Origin: Paraspadella gotoi
Lineage: Eukaryota > Animalia > Chaetognatha
NCBI GenBank assembly: GCA_051294375.1
Contig: CM119267.1
Coordinates: forward strand, 301,409-365,408
Direction: 5' to 3'
DNA length: 64,000 bases
The translations under genes were made by a program, and so were the position numbers. A model generated the notes under the pieces. It did not search any database, was not told the origin of the DNA, and was given only the letters and a program-made list of their open reading frames with translations. Positions within the stretch are counted from its first letter, which is position 1, and each line of letters opens with the position of its first letter. Shown in pieces: positions 40,057-54,400 of this stretch.

Positions 40057-41559
40057 ACTTCAAATATTCCGACTGCAAAATGGATTGCGCCGTCGAATGC
40101 AAAGCGTCTAACGAAACTCTGGCCAAGGTGAGAGGTCACCAAATAGAAAATGTGGTAAGAATTTTTTGTTTGTTTGTTGGTTTTTTTTTAGCAGTTTTTG
40201 TGCTTTCTAAATCATTATTTGATAATCTACGTAAAACTTTGGGTCCGCTTTGGCTTCAGCGGCGAAATGGAATTAGCCAAATGGATAATGTGGTTTTCAT
40301 TATGACAGAGAGAGAGAAAACAATGATTTACCTTCTGAACTTTCGGAAGAATTCGTTTGAATGCAGAGGATTACGATTGTCTCTCGTTTGCCCTTTCATG
40401 CCCCGTATGGCTCAGGGCCCCCACCACTTGGGCGAATGCAAAGGCAAAAAGTGGACGAAATACAACATCACTCATTGTCTCACAATCGAAGAAGCTTTGC
40501 GGAAATCTAAGGATCCAACGCGCGAAGAGATTTGGCTCGGAGTCGATTGCAGCAAGAACCACATCTTCTCCAACGACTCCAGGGATCAGGAGTTGCTGCA
40601 GATTTTCAGGCAAAGGAGGAAAATAGTTTTATTAAGAGTTAAGACTTGAGTAATAGAAGTTGCTGCAGACATTTAACTCTAACTGGTTTCATGAGCTTTG
40701 CTTTGCTTTGCTTTGCTTTGCTTTGCTTTGCTTTGCTTTTCTTTTCTTTTCTTTTCTTTTCTTTTCTTTTCTTTTCTTTTCTTTTCTTTTCTTTTCTTTT
40801 CTTTTCTTTTCTTTTCTTTTCTTTTCTTTTTATTTCCTTTCTTCTCTTTTTTCTCCTCTATACTCTTCTCTCAGCTATACCAACAAGAAAGGCTGGGTGA
40901 TCTGCAAACATTCACAGCGCGAGAATCGCAGAGCAAAGGCTCCAACTGTGGCTGGAACCATCATCGTGAGAGAAGAATGACTTAAGAATGTCGGACCCTG
41001 TCATGTCATGTCTTGTTATGGAAATATGGTATGTCATGAATGTCGAAAATAATTCTAATGACAAAAGAATTTATCTATTGATTGCTTTTAATGCCCAGAG
41101 CATTTTGTCACTTTTCACACCTCTCCTTTCATCTCTCACGCCATTTCTAACGCCATCTCTCACGCCATCTCTCACGCCATCACTCACGCCATCTCTCGCT
41201 ACACACCCACCTATCAGGATGTGATCGAACGTCACTCTCACGACAAAAAAGGAAAGAAGACGCATTTTCATCTTCCTTCTGCTGTGAATTTGGGAAAATG
41301 TAAAAATGGGAAATGGACTAAAGCAAAGACTGGACCACAGGTAGGGAGAGAATCTTTCTCTCTCTCTCTCTTCTCCCCTCTCTCTCCCTCTCCCTCCCCC
41401 TCTCTCTCCCTCTCTCTCTCCCTCTCTCACTCCTTTCACCATCTGCGCCAACATTCATAATTGAAAAAAATAAATTGTACGCAGCTCATATTATGATGCC
41501 AATCAATACGTGACAATGGGCAACACAAGCGGTGGAATATGAAATGAGAGAGAGAGGGT

Positions 41560-41627
<68 letters not shown>

Positions 41628-44600
41628 GATTCAGACAAATTCAGCCCTTTCGGGAAGTCGACTGTCAAATTATACATGATTTCCTGATTCTCATAAAATC
41701 GGTTTAAATTAGGCTAAAATTTAATTGTAAGAGAGAGAGAGAGAAAGAGACAGAGAGAGAGAGCGCGCGCTAGACAGAGACAGAGACATCTCCCCAATTC
41801 CAGGTCTGTGAATATCCCCGTCACGACATCGAGGATCACTCCTTCCCCTGGGTTCTCCTCTCGCTCTCTCTCTTTCTCCTCCTGGGAGTTGCGGTGATGA
41901 ACTTCATCCGGGTCACTCACATCCCGATTCCGTATACAGTCCTGCTTCTCTTTCTCGGAATCATCTTCGGCGCCATTTTTTACGCCGTATTCAGGACGCA
42001 GGTACAAGCTGGTTTATTTGAGAGCGATTGGTTCTCAATGAGTGGTTGAAAGTGATTGGTTCTAGATGACGGATTTGTTTCTTTGCTGGTGATTGGTTGA
42101 TTGGTTCCAACCCTTCTACACTTTAAGCATTTGATTGGTTCCAACCCTGCTCCAATTGAGCCTTTGATTGGTTCCAACCCTGCTCCACTTTAAGCCTTCG
42201 ATTGGTTCCGACCCTCCTTACTCAATCAGAAACGGTTGCCGGTTTTTGAATCATGTTTTTACGGTTTATATACTATTAAAATGAACTTATGTACAAACTT
42301 ATGTACCCATAACGTCGTATTACGCTCCGCTTCCCCTAGGCTTTAGAGAAAAAAAAATTCTCACCAGCTCACTATCGCCTGTATACTCCCCGCCCACTTA
42401 ATCAACCTCAACTAAGTCACGTGGAGTCATAGATTTCGACGATGCTTGGACAAACGATTTCTCGATGGAAAGATTTCATTGGAGTCTCGCCGACCTGTCT
42501 CTCCTTTCGACATCTGCAGGTTTGAAAAAAAGTAACCTTTCGTTGTTTTTGTTGAAGTCGCNNNNNNNNNNNNNNNNNNNNNNNNNNNNNNNNNNNNNNN
42601 NNNNNNNNNNNNNNNNNNNNNNNNNNNNNNNNNNNNNNNNNNNNNNNNNNNNNNNNNNNNNNNNNNNNNNNNNNNNNNNNNNNNNNNNNNNNNNNNNNNN
42701 NNNNNNNNNNNNNNNNNNNNNNNNNNNNNNNNNNNNNNNNNNNNNNNNNNNNNNNNNNNNNNNNNNNNNNNNNNNNNNNNNNNNNNNNNNNNNNNNNNNN
42801 NNNNNNNNNNNNNNNNNNNNNNNNNNNNNNNNNNNNNNNNNNNNNNNNNNNNNNNNNNNNNNNNNNNNNNNNNNNNNNNNNNNNNNNNNNNNNNNNNNNN
42901 NNNNNNNNNNNNNNNNNNNNNNNNNNNNNNNNNNNNNNNNNNNNNNNNNNNNNNNNNNNNNNNNNNNNNNNNNNNNNNNNNNNNNNNNNNNNNNNNNNNN
43001 NNNNNNNNNNNNNNNNNNNNNNNNNNNNNNNNNNNNNNNNNNNNNNNNNNNNNNNNNNNNNNNNNNNNNNNNNNNNNNNNNNNNNNNNNNNNNNNNNNNN
43101 NNNNNNNNNNNNNNNNNNNNNNNNNNNNNNNNNNNNNNNNNNNNNNNNNNNNNNNNNNNNNNNNNNNNNNNNNNNNNNNNNNNNNNNNNNNNNNNNNNNN
43201 NNNNNNNNNNNNNNNNNNNNNNNNNNNNNNNNNNNNNNNNNNNNNNNNNNNNNNNNNNNNNNNNNNNNNNNNNNNNNNNNNNNNNNNNNNNNNNNNNNNN
43301 NNNNNNNNNNNNNNNNNNNNNNNNNNNNNNNNNNNNNNNNNNNNNNNNNNNNNNNNNNNNNNNNNNNNNNNNNNNNNNNNNNNNNNNNNNNNNNNNNNNN
43401 NNNNNNNNNNNNNNNNNNNNNNNNNNNNNNNNNNNNNNNNNNNNNNNNNNNNNNNNNNNNNNNNNNNNNNNNNNNNNNNNNNNNNNNNNNNNNNNNNNNN
43501 NNNNNNNNNNNNNNNNNNNNNNNNNNNNNTTCGAATCCGCCTTCGGAATGCCGACCGACATGTTCATCCGATCCGTGTGGAGCATCTTGCTCGTCGCCAT
43601 GCCAGGGATCATCATTGCCACTCTGCTCACGGCTCTTTGCGTCACTTACATTCCTTAGTAAGATTAGATTCGATCGATTGATTGGATTGATTGATTGGAT
43701 CGATTGAATTGTACTCCGGACCTCCCTGAATATTCGACTGCTTGTTTTTATGCCCAAGTCAACGCTTGTTTTGCTTACCTTACCCACTTTTCCCCTCCCA
43801 TTGCCTTCCGATCGAAACTAACACCGCCAAGCTTCGACATGAAATTCAACGTTGCGTTGGCGTTGGGCGCCACCGTCTCCGCCACGGATCCTGTAGCCGT
43901 CGTTTCCATTCTCGCGGAATCAGGAGCGCCAAAGTATTTGTCCGTCTTGATCGAAGGTTAAGACGAGGATAAAGTTGATAGCGTTGAAAAGTTTCGTTGT
44001 AGTCGGGCTCCAAAAGCATAAAGCGTGATTCTTTCAGTTTGGTGGCTCAATGAGTAAAGGCATTCGGCTCATGACCATTGGGCGCCGGGATCGATCCCCA
44101 AGTGGTAACTACCCTGCGGGAAGCGTGAGGACGTTCGGAAACTCCCTTGGGGGGGCGTGGGGAAAAATCCGGAACTTGGTTTAAAGTGCAGAACCCGTTC
44201 CATCGCTGCGAGAGGGGCTTAAAGAAGATGCGAATTATTCACTATTCACTGAATAGTATTCAGCCCACTTAGTGCCTTATTTTTGTTTGTTTGTTTTGGT
44301 CGTTTTATGATAAAGATTGATGTAGATATAAGTATTTAAATTATATAGGCGCGAAGTTAGTTGAACATTACTTCCGTAACTTCAGTAAATCCCGCTAGCA
44401 GCCTTGGACCCGGTGCTGGGCTTGGAACTTGGCCCGGGGGTTCGATACCAAGGCCGTTGACGGCCGTCATAAACCCTTCCCGAAAAGCAGATACCGGGTT
44501 GGGACTGAGCCCGGTATCTAGTGGTCACGAGCTCATGGCTTTTTACCTTTTTTAATAATCAGTAATCTCGGTTGATGACGTAAACTATTATATTATGGTC

Positions 44601-47600
44601 GTTGTTTTGGTTGTCAAGGCGAATCTCTGCTCAACGACGGTGCTGCCATCTTTCTCTTTGAAATGTTCGCCGAATACAAAGGACAAAAAGAAGTGCCAGN
44701 NNNNNNNNNCGTGGTTCGGTTGCTCGGGGGTTCTGACCGTCGTCGTCATGGGCCTTTACATGGGTCACGCCAAGACGGCAATCTCCTTGGAAACGGAACA
44801 TTTCTTGCACGAGTTTATGTGTCTCTGCGCTTGGGTCGCAAACACGTTGCTGTTCATAGCCTCCGGAGTTATCATCTTTAACACGATGATTAGGTGATGG
44901 ACGGATCAATCAATCAATCAATTAATAGCTCTGTTATAAGTTTGTTAGTTGCGCCACGTGTACTCTATAAGTCACTTTTCGGTCGGTCGGTCGGTATGTC
45001 TGTCCGTCGGATTGTCCTACTTACGTTAAAAATGCTCGTAACTCGCCCATAGTTGGTTGCTCATTTGTTAAGACAGAAAAAAACCTCAAATCTAAGGGAC
45101 TGCAAGCGCCGCCTTCCAGAAATCCTAAAACTATAAAGAATAAAAGATATAATTTCAATGCAGTGCTTGTCATAAATACAAATACTGAAGAGACAGTGAT
45201 TATTGATATATGTTAATGACAGAACCGTTCAATATAAGCAGTCCCTGAGCTTCGGATCAGGCTGTAACACCGAGTTACAGGCGGGTTAAGCGCCCCGTCC
45301 CTCTAAACTGCTAGGCGACCACCGGGCTAGAACCCCGGACCTTCGGGTTGGGATGCGAATGACTTGCCTCCGGCACCAATGGCCGCTGATGAACGGTTGG
45401 TGGATTTTAGTCCACCATAATACAATTAGTCAAGTAATCACGTGTTCACGTGAAAAGAAAGTCAATGCGTCGCAACACATTGGATGGACCTTGTTGTTTA
45501 TATAAGAAATNNNNNNNNNNNNNNNNNNNNNNNNNNNNNNNNNNNNNNNNNNNNNNNNNNNNNNNNNNNNNNNNNNNNNNNNNNNNNNNNNNNNNNNNNN
45601 NNNNNNNNNNNNNNNNNNNNNNNNNNNNNNNNNNNNNNNNNNNNNNNNNNNNNNNNNNNNNNNNNNNNNNNNNNNNNNNNNNNNNNNNNNNNNNNNNNNN
45701 NNNNNNNNNNNNNNNNNNNNNNNNNNNNNNNNNNNNNNNNNNNNNNNNNNNNNNNNNNNNNNNNNNNNNNNNNNNNNNNNNNNNNNNNNNNNNNNNNNNN
45801 NNNNNNNNNNNNNNNNNNNNNNNNNNNNNNNNNNNNNNNGTTATAAAATATTGTTTTAAACGAATTATCCACCGGTGCCAAAGTTATAAAATATTTAAAG
45901 TTTAATATTTAATATTTAATATTTAATATTTAAGTTATAAAATAGTTCAAAGTTATAAAATATTGTTTTAAACGAATTATCCACCGGTGCCTCCTCTTTC
46001 GGGAAGCGCGACAACGGCCGTAAACCGCCTTGGGGGCGTGGAAAACCCTCAAGCCTGGTTCCAAGCCCAGGGACCCGTTCCATGGGTGCTAGAGGGGATT
46101 AAAGAAGTTGCGGAGAGTCATCTTCAGCCCTCTGAGCGCCTTATTCGCAGGTTACTTCATGGCGGAAGCGTGGTTCGGTTGCTNNNNNNNNNNNNNNNNN
46201 NNNNNNNNNNNNNNNNNNNNNNNNNNNNNNNNNNNNNNNNNNNNNNNNNNNNNNNNNNNNNNNNNNNNNNNNNNNNNNNNNNNNNNNNNNNNNNNNNNNN
46301 NNNNNNNNNNNNNNNNNNNNNNNNNNNNNNNNNNNNNNNNNNNNNNNNNNNNNNNNNNNNNNNNNNNNNNNNNNNNNNNNNNNNNNNNNNNNNNNNNNNN
46401 NNNNNNNNNNNNNNNNNNNNNNNNNNNNNNNNNNNNNNNNNNNNNNNNNNNNCGGTCTGTCGGTCGGTCGGTATGTCTGTCCATCGGATTGTCCTACTTA
46501 CGTTAAAAATGCTCGTAACTTGCCAATAGTTGGTTGCTCATTTGTTAAGACAGAAAAAACCTCAAATCTAAGGGACTGCAAGCGCCGCCTTCCAGAAATC
46601 CTAAAACTATAAATAATATAATTTTTATATTGGTTGTACCAATTTCATAAGACATAATTTCAATGCAGTCCTTGTCATAAATACAAATACAATATAAAGA
46701 GGTTTGTTAAACAAATTTCTTAGTCAAGTAATCACGTGTTCACGTGAAAAGAAGGTCAACGTGGCGCAACACATTGGACCTTGTTGTTTATATAAGAAAT
46801 GAATGAATGAATCAATAAATCAGTGAACGAGTGAACGAATGGCACAAAGAGAGACGATAACGAACTGGGTGAATGATTGAAATGATGGAAAACTTGAATG
46901 GAGTTCGACCCAACTGGATCCAGCGTCACGGGAACGCACATTCTTCGAGCAAGTTATGCCTTGGTGATGGATTGGTGAACATTTTAATTGTCTTTATGGA
47001 TATCATGCACGTCGTCAGATCAATAGTTCTAACTTCTCTTCTGGTCCTACTATATGCAATTTTCAGGGGTGAGACNNNNNNNNNNNNNNNNNNNNNNNNN
47101 AGAGAGAGAGAGAGAGAGAGAGAAATTATTCATTTTGTCAATTATTCTTAATTATTCCATTGTGATCATTTGTGATTTTTATTTTTATTTATTAAGAATT
47201 TCAATTGAGATTTGGATTTTCTTCGGTCGCGTTATCATTGATTCATTATTTTCATTCGTTTTCTAAAAGGTTCATTTTTTCCAATCTACCCAATATTCCA
47301 TTTATACATTCATTCATTCATTCATTCATTCATTCATTCATTCATTCATTCATTATTTCATTCACAACATAATTACCCTCTTTATTCTCTTTTTCCTTCA
47401 TTATTTCAAACGCTTCAAATTCATTCATCCCATTCATTCATTCATCCCATTCATTCATTCATCCCATTCATTCATTCATCCCATTCATTCATCCCATTCA
47501 TTCCTTCCTTCAGCTACGGCTTCACCTACAAGACTTTCATCATCGTCGTCCACGGCGCCCTCCGCGGGGCCGTCGGGTTGGCCCTGGGTCTGGTCATGGC

Positions 47601-47785
47601 ACGGGGCATGACCCCTAACCCGGACGTGAACGCCAAGGGTCAGAGCATCATGATCCTCCTCTCTGGGATCGTGATCATCACGCTCATGTTCAACGCTGTG
47701 ACTGTGACTCCGATTCTCAAGTGTCTCGGGTTTATGAGGATCACGCCGATGAAGCGGAGAATGATAGATAAGGCATAAGAGGGAG

Positions 47786-47822
<37 letters not shown>

Positions 47823-49145
47823 GGCGAACAAAATTATATTTATCGATTTAATAAAATTCGAAAAGTGAATGGAATCGAATTGGCTAATTAATTTTTATTA
47901 GAAGAAAGAGAGAGACAGCAAAGCTTAGGTTTAACATTTGTAAACAATACAATATACAGAAAAGAATTCCAAATTAGTTTTTTTTTACCGGCGTTCGAAC
48001 TTCGGGAGTGAAACAATTTTCTCAGACAGGATTTGATATTTCTAAAAAATTCGATCGGCAATAATTCAATAAGTCACTTTCGGTCAGTCGGTCAGTTTAT
48101 CCCACTGATATTAAAATTGTTTATAATATGGTGGACTAAAATCCACCAACCGTTCATCAGCGGCCATTTGTGCCGGAGGCAAGTCATTCGCCTCTCAACC
48201 TAAAGATCCAGGTTTCTAGCCTGGTGGTCGCCTAGCAGTTAAGAGGGACGGGGCGCTTAACCCGCCTGTAACACGGTGTTACAGCCTGATCCGAAGCTCA
48301 GGGACTGCTTATATTGAACGGTTCTGTCACTAACACATAACAATTATCACTGTCTCTTCAATAATATGGGTAATACTTAATTCATATTTGTTAGGAAGGT
48401 AAGACTTTTGAAATGCAAATTTATCGCACTTGTTATGAAATTAAACTCCTTAAACCCCTTTAACCCCTTAAACGCCTTAATATTTTGATTAGCCAACTTT
48501 TAAACAGAACCTCAAAGCGAAGCGATAAATCTAAAAAACACAATTCTAATGCAATATGTAACGTTTGTTTACAGTATTACACATTGGAATTACCGTATAA
48601 TATACTAATACTATACTAATATGCTAGTGCGTAGTACCAAATAGTAATAACCAATCTAATACTTAAGGGAGAGGTCTTTTCATACAATTCAAACATTCTT
48701 TTGAAATATTATGCCACTTCATTGATAAGAAAGCCAGGAACTCTGGGAGTGAATAAATGAGACTGTGATTTAAAGCTGCAGGGACCTGCTTTGTCATCAT
48801 GTAAGAGTGATGGAGGCCTTAGTCAGTGGCAAGATAGCTTATTTATTAAATAAATGGATAATTTTGGTTGTACCAAATTTCATAATAATATTCAAAATTT
48901 CTACTAAAGCCTAAATAAGGCACAACGCTTTGAGTCATCTCTCTTACCCCTTGACCACCTACTTTTCCCACCCAACCTCAAGGTGGTGGACGATATCCAC
49001 GAATCGATGGCAGCTACCACAAAAAAACTCAAACGAGACACGACGTATGGAAATGTTGACTGGAATCTGCTGGAGGAAACTATAGCTTTTACTAATCCTT
49101 ACGACTCTGCGGCAGCTAAGGAAAAGAGGAAGGAAGAAAGGTGAA

Positions 49146-49186
<41 letters not shown>

Positions 49187-51308
49187 GATGTATCAAATTG
49201 TATTGTGAAAAGTTATAAAATAATACCAGTAGGATTTTTAAAGTAACTCGTCTTGTCTGTCTGTCTGTTTATTTATTTTTAGTAAAATTTTAAAATTACT
49301 TTGTAAAAATATATTTTTAAAGACTGAATAAATCAGATCTAATCAGTTACGTGTGCATACTTCTTTAGCATATATTTCATATTTATGTATTTATATTACC
49401 TAAAAATTAATGCTATTCAATAGTATCAATTATTTAAGTTGATTTTTAGTAAATGTTTGTTACATTTAGGATATTTAGAATTAAGTGAAATTGTTTGTTT
49501 TTCTGACTAACTTCAAACGCAAACGAAACGAAATAAGCTCCAAATAGCAATTTAAACATATTTTTAGAATAATTAAAAAATCAAATTCCTCAAACGCATA
49601 ATCATGCTGACGCTCAACTCCTTTGTCTCATCCTTTCTTTTCTTCGCCAGAGAAAAGAAAAAAGAAAAGAAAAAAGAAGAAAAGTTAAAAAAGAAAAAGA
49701 GTAAAATGAACGAAAAATCGAAACACGCTATTAACGTGGAGGAGGAAGAGGACGAGGAAGAGGACGAGGATCTCGACGTCATCCGCGCCGTCGTCGCCGA
49801 CGCCGGCGCCGCCAAATACTACGTCGACCGCAACACCAACGCCAACCGGCGCCGCGAGACGCTCCGCTTGGCGCCGCAAATGGGAGCGACTCGCGCCGCG
49901 GGACGAGTCGACGATCACTGGCGAGATCCGTGGCGAACGACTTGGTACCCGGTTCCACTCTGCGTGATCCTGGCGCCGGGACCCGAGCCTCGCTCCGTCT
50001 TGGTCATGGAGGGATCTTTGGTCGGTCAACTTCGTCATCAGCATCTGATACACAAGAGCAGGGCGTTGGCGAGGCAGCGACTCCTGGCGAGAGAGGAGGC
50101 GGCGGCAGCTTCAGCGGCTGCGGCGGCGGAGCCGGTCGTCACAGCGGCAGCAGCGGACGACGCTGATTGGTGGAATTGGAATGAAAGCAACAGAAAGACC
50201 AATAAGAGAAAGAAGGGCGCCCTACCGGCCGGCATCATGAACGTCAAAGGAGGGAACGTGTCTAAGGCGCCGACCTGGGCGCCCAGCGCACCGGCGACTC
50301 GACCGGTCGACGCTGAGACAGAAATGGAGAATTGGAACGTGAATGTGGAAAGGGTTGGAGGAAGCAATCAGACGGCTTCGGATAAGGTGTGGGCGTGAAT
50401 GTGATGATGATGATGATGAAGATAATGATGATTATGATAAAGATGATGATGATAATGATGATGAAGATAAAGATGATGATAATGATGATGATTATTAAGA
50501 TGATAATGATGATGATAATAATGATAATGAAGATAAAGATGATGCTAATGATGATGAAAATGAAGATGATGATAATGATGATGAAGATAATGATGATGAT
50601 TATGAAGATGATGATAATGATGATGATGATGTTTATGAAGATGATGATGATAAAGATGAGGATGTTGATGATGACGATGACGATGATATGTGTAAAAACT
50701 TCTTAAAGTTTCAACAAACATCGCGATCAGAGATTCAAGTTGTCCTCATATTATCTTTTCATTAAGAAAAATGTCTCACGATTTCTTGTCTCTGATTACA
50801 AGTTTTGTTTTCCTCAAGATATTCAATAGCAGTATCATCAAATCATCAATGGTTTTACCGCAACCATACTAAAAGCACTACAACCATACTAAGAGCCTTT
50901 GACTCTCTGCTGCATGACGTCTCACTCAAAGTGCCAGTCACACCACCCCAGCTTTGCTTCGGTCAAAGCTCACAAATTTGTTCATTGGTGATGTATTGGT
51001 TTTTCTTCGGCCATCATACTATNNNNNNNNNNTTTCTTTTTTTGTGCGACCCCTGCGAGCTCGAGGCAGCATTAAAACATTCCACATTCCAATGAAGCAT
51101 GGAAAGTTAGTTAGACACTGTATTGATGAGCGGAAATTTTTGTAGAGACCTCACCTCGATTCAGCTTAGGTAAGTGGAAACTGGAGTAAAATCGTGCTCA
51201 ACTTGCATAAAAAGGTAAGGACGGCCAAAACGCATCACAAATCATGAAATTGGCTCTTAGGGTAAAGAACTTAAGAATAATAACATAATAATAAAACCCC
51301 GACACTGG

Positions 51309-51405
<97 letters not shown>

Positions 51406-54400
51406 TAATAATAATAAGTGATGATTAATGATTAATCTTAATCCTAAGTAAAGTTTTATTGGTTTTATTGGTTTTACGAGGAAACGTGTCACATTTTCCA
51501 TAATAAGAATATAATATTAAACGAACGAAACATTTTTTACATTGCTCATACAAATTCGATAAACGAGATTGAGAAAAGCCTCGCTCACCGATGCTCCATT
51601 TAAAACCCCACCGATTATTCCCTAAGACAGCCGTCGATCCTGATTTGAATTTTATTTTTTTCTTCCAAATTAAAGGAGACGTGATGATCGTATTCATGAT
51701 AATTGTGATGATTATATTTATGATGCTGATGTCGACGACTTCTTCCTCGTCATGGACAACAACATCGACCTCCAAGGAGATGGCCGTTCCTCTCAGCGTT
51801 GAAGAGATTGAGAAGGACGAGATGGAAGACACCATCCGGACGAGAATCTTGAAGGCGCAGAAGATTTCCTTCAGGTCCCTCGATCTTTCCCAATGTCCCT
51901 TCGTCCGTTGGCGCCTTTTTCTATGTCCGTACGTTCGTCAATCTTTCTCTTTTTTTTTTCAATTCTGTGATTCTTTTCGTGTGCCAGTCTTTCTGTCCTA
52001 AGTTCTGTCTTTCTGTTTTGTTTTCTGTTTATTTCCTTCATCACTTCTTTATGTCTGCCTGATTGTTTTGTTTTTTATGCTTCAGTCTCTCTTCAGGTCC
52101 GTCTGTCAATCGATCTGTACGTTTTCTTACATCTCTTTTCATTTGGTCTTTCTATCCGTGTTTTTCTATCCGTCTATCTGTCTTTTCCTCTCAATGTTCC
52201 TTGTGTCTGTCTGTCCCATCTGTTTGTCTCTTTGTCTTTTTGTCAGTTTGTCCATAGTTCTCGATTCTCTCCCCTCACTCCGTCCCTTCCTCCTTCTCTT
52301 TCTCCTCCCCCTCTCCCCCTCCCTCCTTTCCTCCCCCTCTCTTCTCTTTCCTCCCTCCTCCACTCTCACCCTCCCTCTCTCCCCCACCCTCCCCCTCTCT
52401 TCTCCCTCCTCCCTCCCTCTACTCTCTCTTCTCCTCCCCCTCTCCCCCTCCCTCCTTTCTCCCCCTCTCTTCTCTTTCCTCTCTCCTCCCTCCACTCTCC
52501 CCTCCTCTTCTCCCCACCCTCCCCCTCTCTTCTCTCCTCTCCCTCCTCCCTCCCTCTCTCTTCTCCCTCCTCCCTCCCTCCCTCTCTCCTCCCTCTCTTC
52601 TCCCTCCCCTCTCTCCCTCCTCTCTCCCACCCTCCCCTCTCTTCTCCCTCCTCCCTCCCTCCCTCCCCCTCTCTTCTCCCTCCTCCCTCTCTCCCTCCTC
52701 CTCCCCTCTCTTCTCCCTCCTCTCTTCCTCCCTCCCTCCCCTCTCTTCTCCCTCTCTCCTCCCTCTCTTCCCCTCCCTCTCTTCCTCCCTCCCTCCACTC
52801 TTTCTCCCTCTCTCCTCCCTCTCTTCTCCCTCCCTCTCTTCCTCCCTCCCTCCTCCCTCTCTTCCCCTCCCTCCTTCCCTCCCTCCCTCATTTCAGAAAC
52901 CAATACGAGCACGGACTCATCTCCCCGAAAGCCGCCACATTCCTCACGGATACGATTGACTACGTCGAGTACAAGAAGAGATACTTGGAAGTCAAGGACG
53001 TTGAGAAGCACTGGGAGATCAGCAAATCGACCGTGAGGATGATCCGCTGCACCGAGTGTCTCCTCAAGTGCACAGGGTCGAGTCAGAAGATCCCGCCGCC
53101 CAAAGGATCTTGTCCTTTCAAGGTAGAGAAGAACTTATTTCCCCAGAACGACACGTTTCCTCTTAAATTTCGGAATTGGGTTATTGAAGAAAGAATTAGG
53201 TTAGTTTATTTGAACTGCTAATTGTGTAAATAAAAATACAAATAAACAATTAAACATGATAGTACCTAAAAAAAACTATGAACTTATCTTTCCGGTGGTC
53301 CTATCATTCATTCGTAAAGTGACAGCTCACTTGATACACTCTGTAGTACATATGATTGATTCCATTAAAAATTCATTAAATAGTAGTAGAGTAATAAAAT
53401 ATCAAAATATTAAAATTCTCACGAGTCTCTGATTTATTATCCTTTTTTGTTTTGTTTTACCCAAAACGATCCACAAATGTTCACGTGAGATATCATAGAA
53501 ATAACTAAGACTCCAAACTGATTTCAATCACTTCTCCTTTTCAGACTTACAAAGTGGCCAGTCGACTAGAGTTCGACGTAACCTTCATGATAATGATTGT
53601 GGTCTCTTGCGTTCCCATGATCGTCCAACTGATCAACCCTCCCGGATTCGACGAAGAGAAAGATCGAAATGTCCTTTTGTTTTATTACATCGTCAACTTC
53701 GTCTTTCTCTTTATCTTCTTTCTCGAGTTCGTTTTGAGGATGGTCGCCTTCAGACAGTGGTGAGAAAGGGTATGGGGAGGGAATGGATCCTTCAGACCGT
53801 AGTGAGAGAGAGCGAACGGATTATGCGTGCGGATGACTTAAAAAAAAAGCAATTACAAACACCTACCGACAAATTAATCAATCAATCAATTAACAAATTA
53901 AGAAAACATTTAAACAATTAATCTTATCAATTAATAAAATGATTTAATAAATCCATCAATCGATTGATCAGTCAATTTATTAATTAATCAGTTTACCTAC
54001 CGACTAATTAATCAATCAATCAAATTAATCAGTCAATCGATTTCCCTATCGACAAATCAATCAATCCACCAATCAAATCAAATCAAACAAGGTACTTCCT
54101 CACGATCTGGGGCGTCATTGATTGCCTCAATCTCTGGCTGATGCTGGACGACGCCGCCATCATGACCTTCAAAGTAGCCGGAGGTTTTGAGTTCGGCAAC
54201 AAGACGGTTCGCTCCATCTTCGTCGCCTTCAGATTCGTTCGTCTCCTCAGAATAATTCGCATCTTTCGGCCGCTCTTGATGTACAGTCGAAACCGTTTGG
54301 TCAATCGAGTCAACTCTAATCTGCTCATGGGTAGGAGGGAGAGGGAGAGAGGGAGAGGGAGAGAGAGTGGAAGGGGAAAAAGACAGGGAGAGAGAGAGAA

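Noticed and set aside
44036-44110. Functional tRNA gene (also near 1695-1750 and 48150-48220)
   Set aside because: A/B-box-like motifs are present but no clean cloverleaf; SINE heads are more likely.
46116-46183. Duplicated or rearranged NHE exon
   Set aside because: The fragment (..AGYFMAEAWFGC) overlaps the sequence at 44711 and abuts gaps, indicating misordered contigs.
50389-50706. Met-rich ORF (also the poly-LS, RE, Y and L ORFs elsewhere)
   Set aside because: These are translations of (GAT)n, (CT)n, (GA)n and (TAA)n microsatellites in introns.
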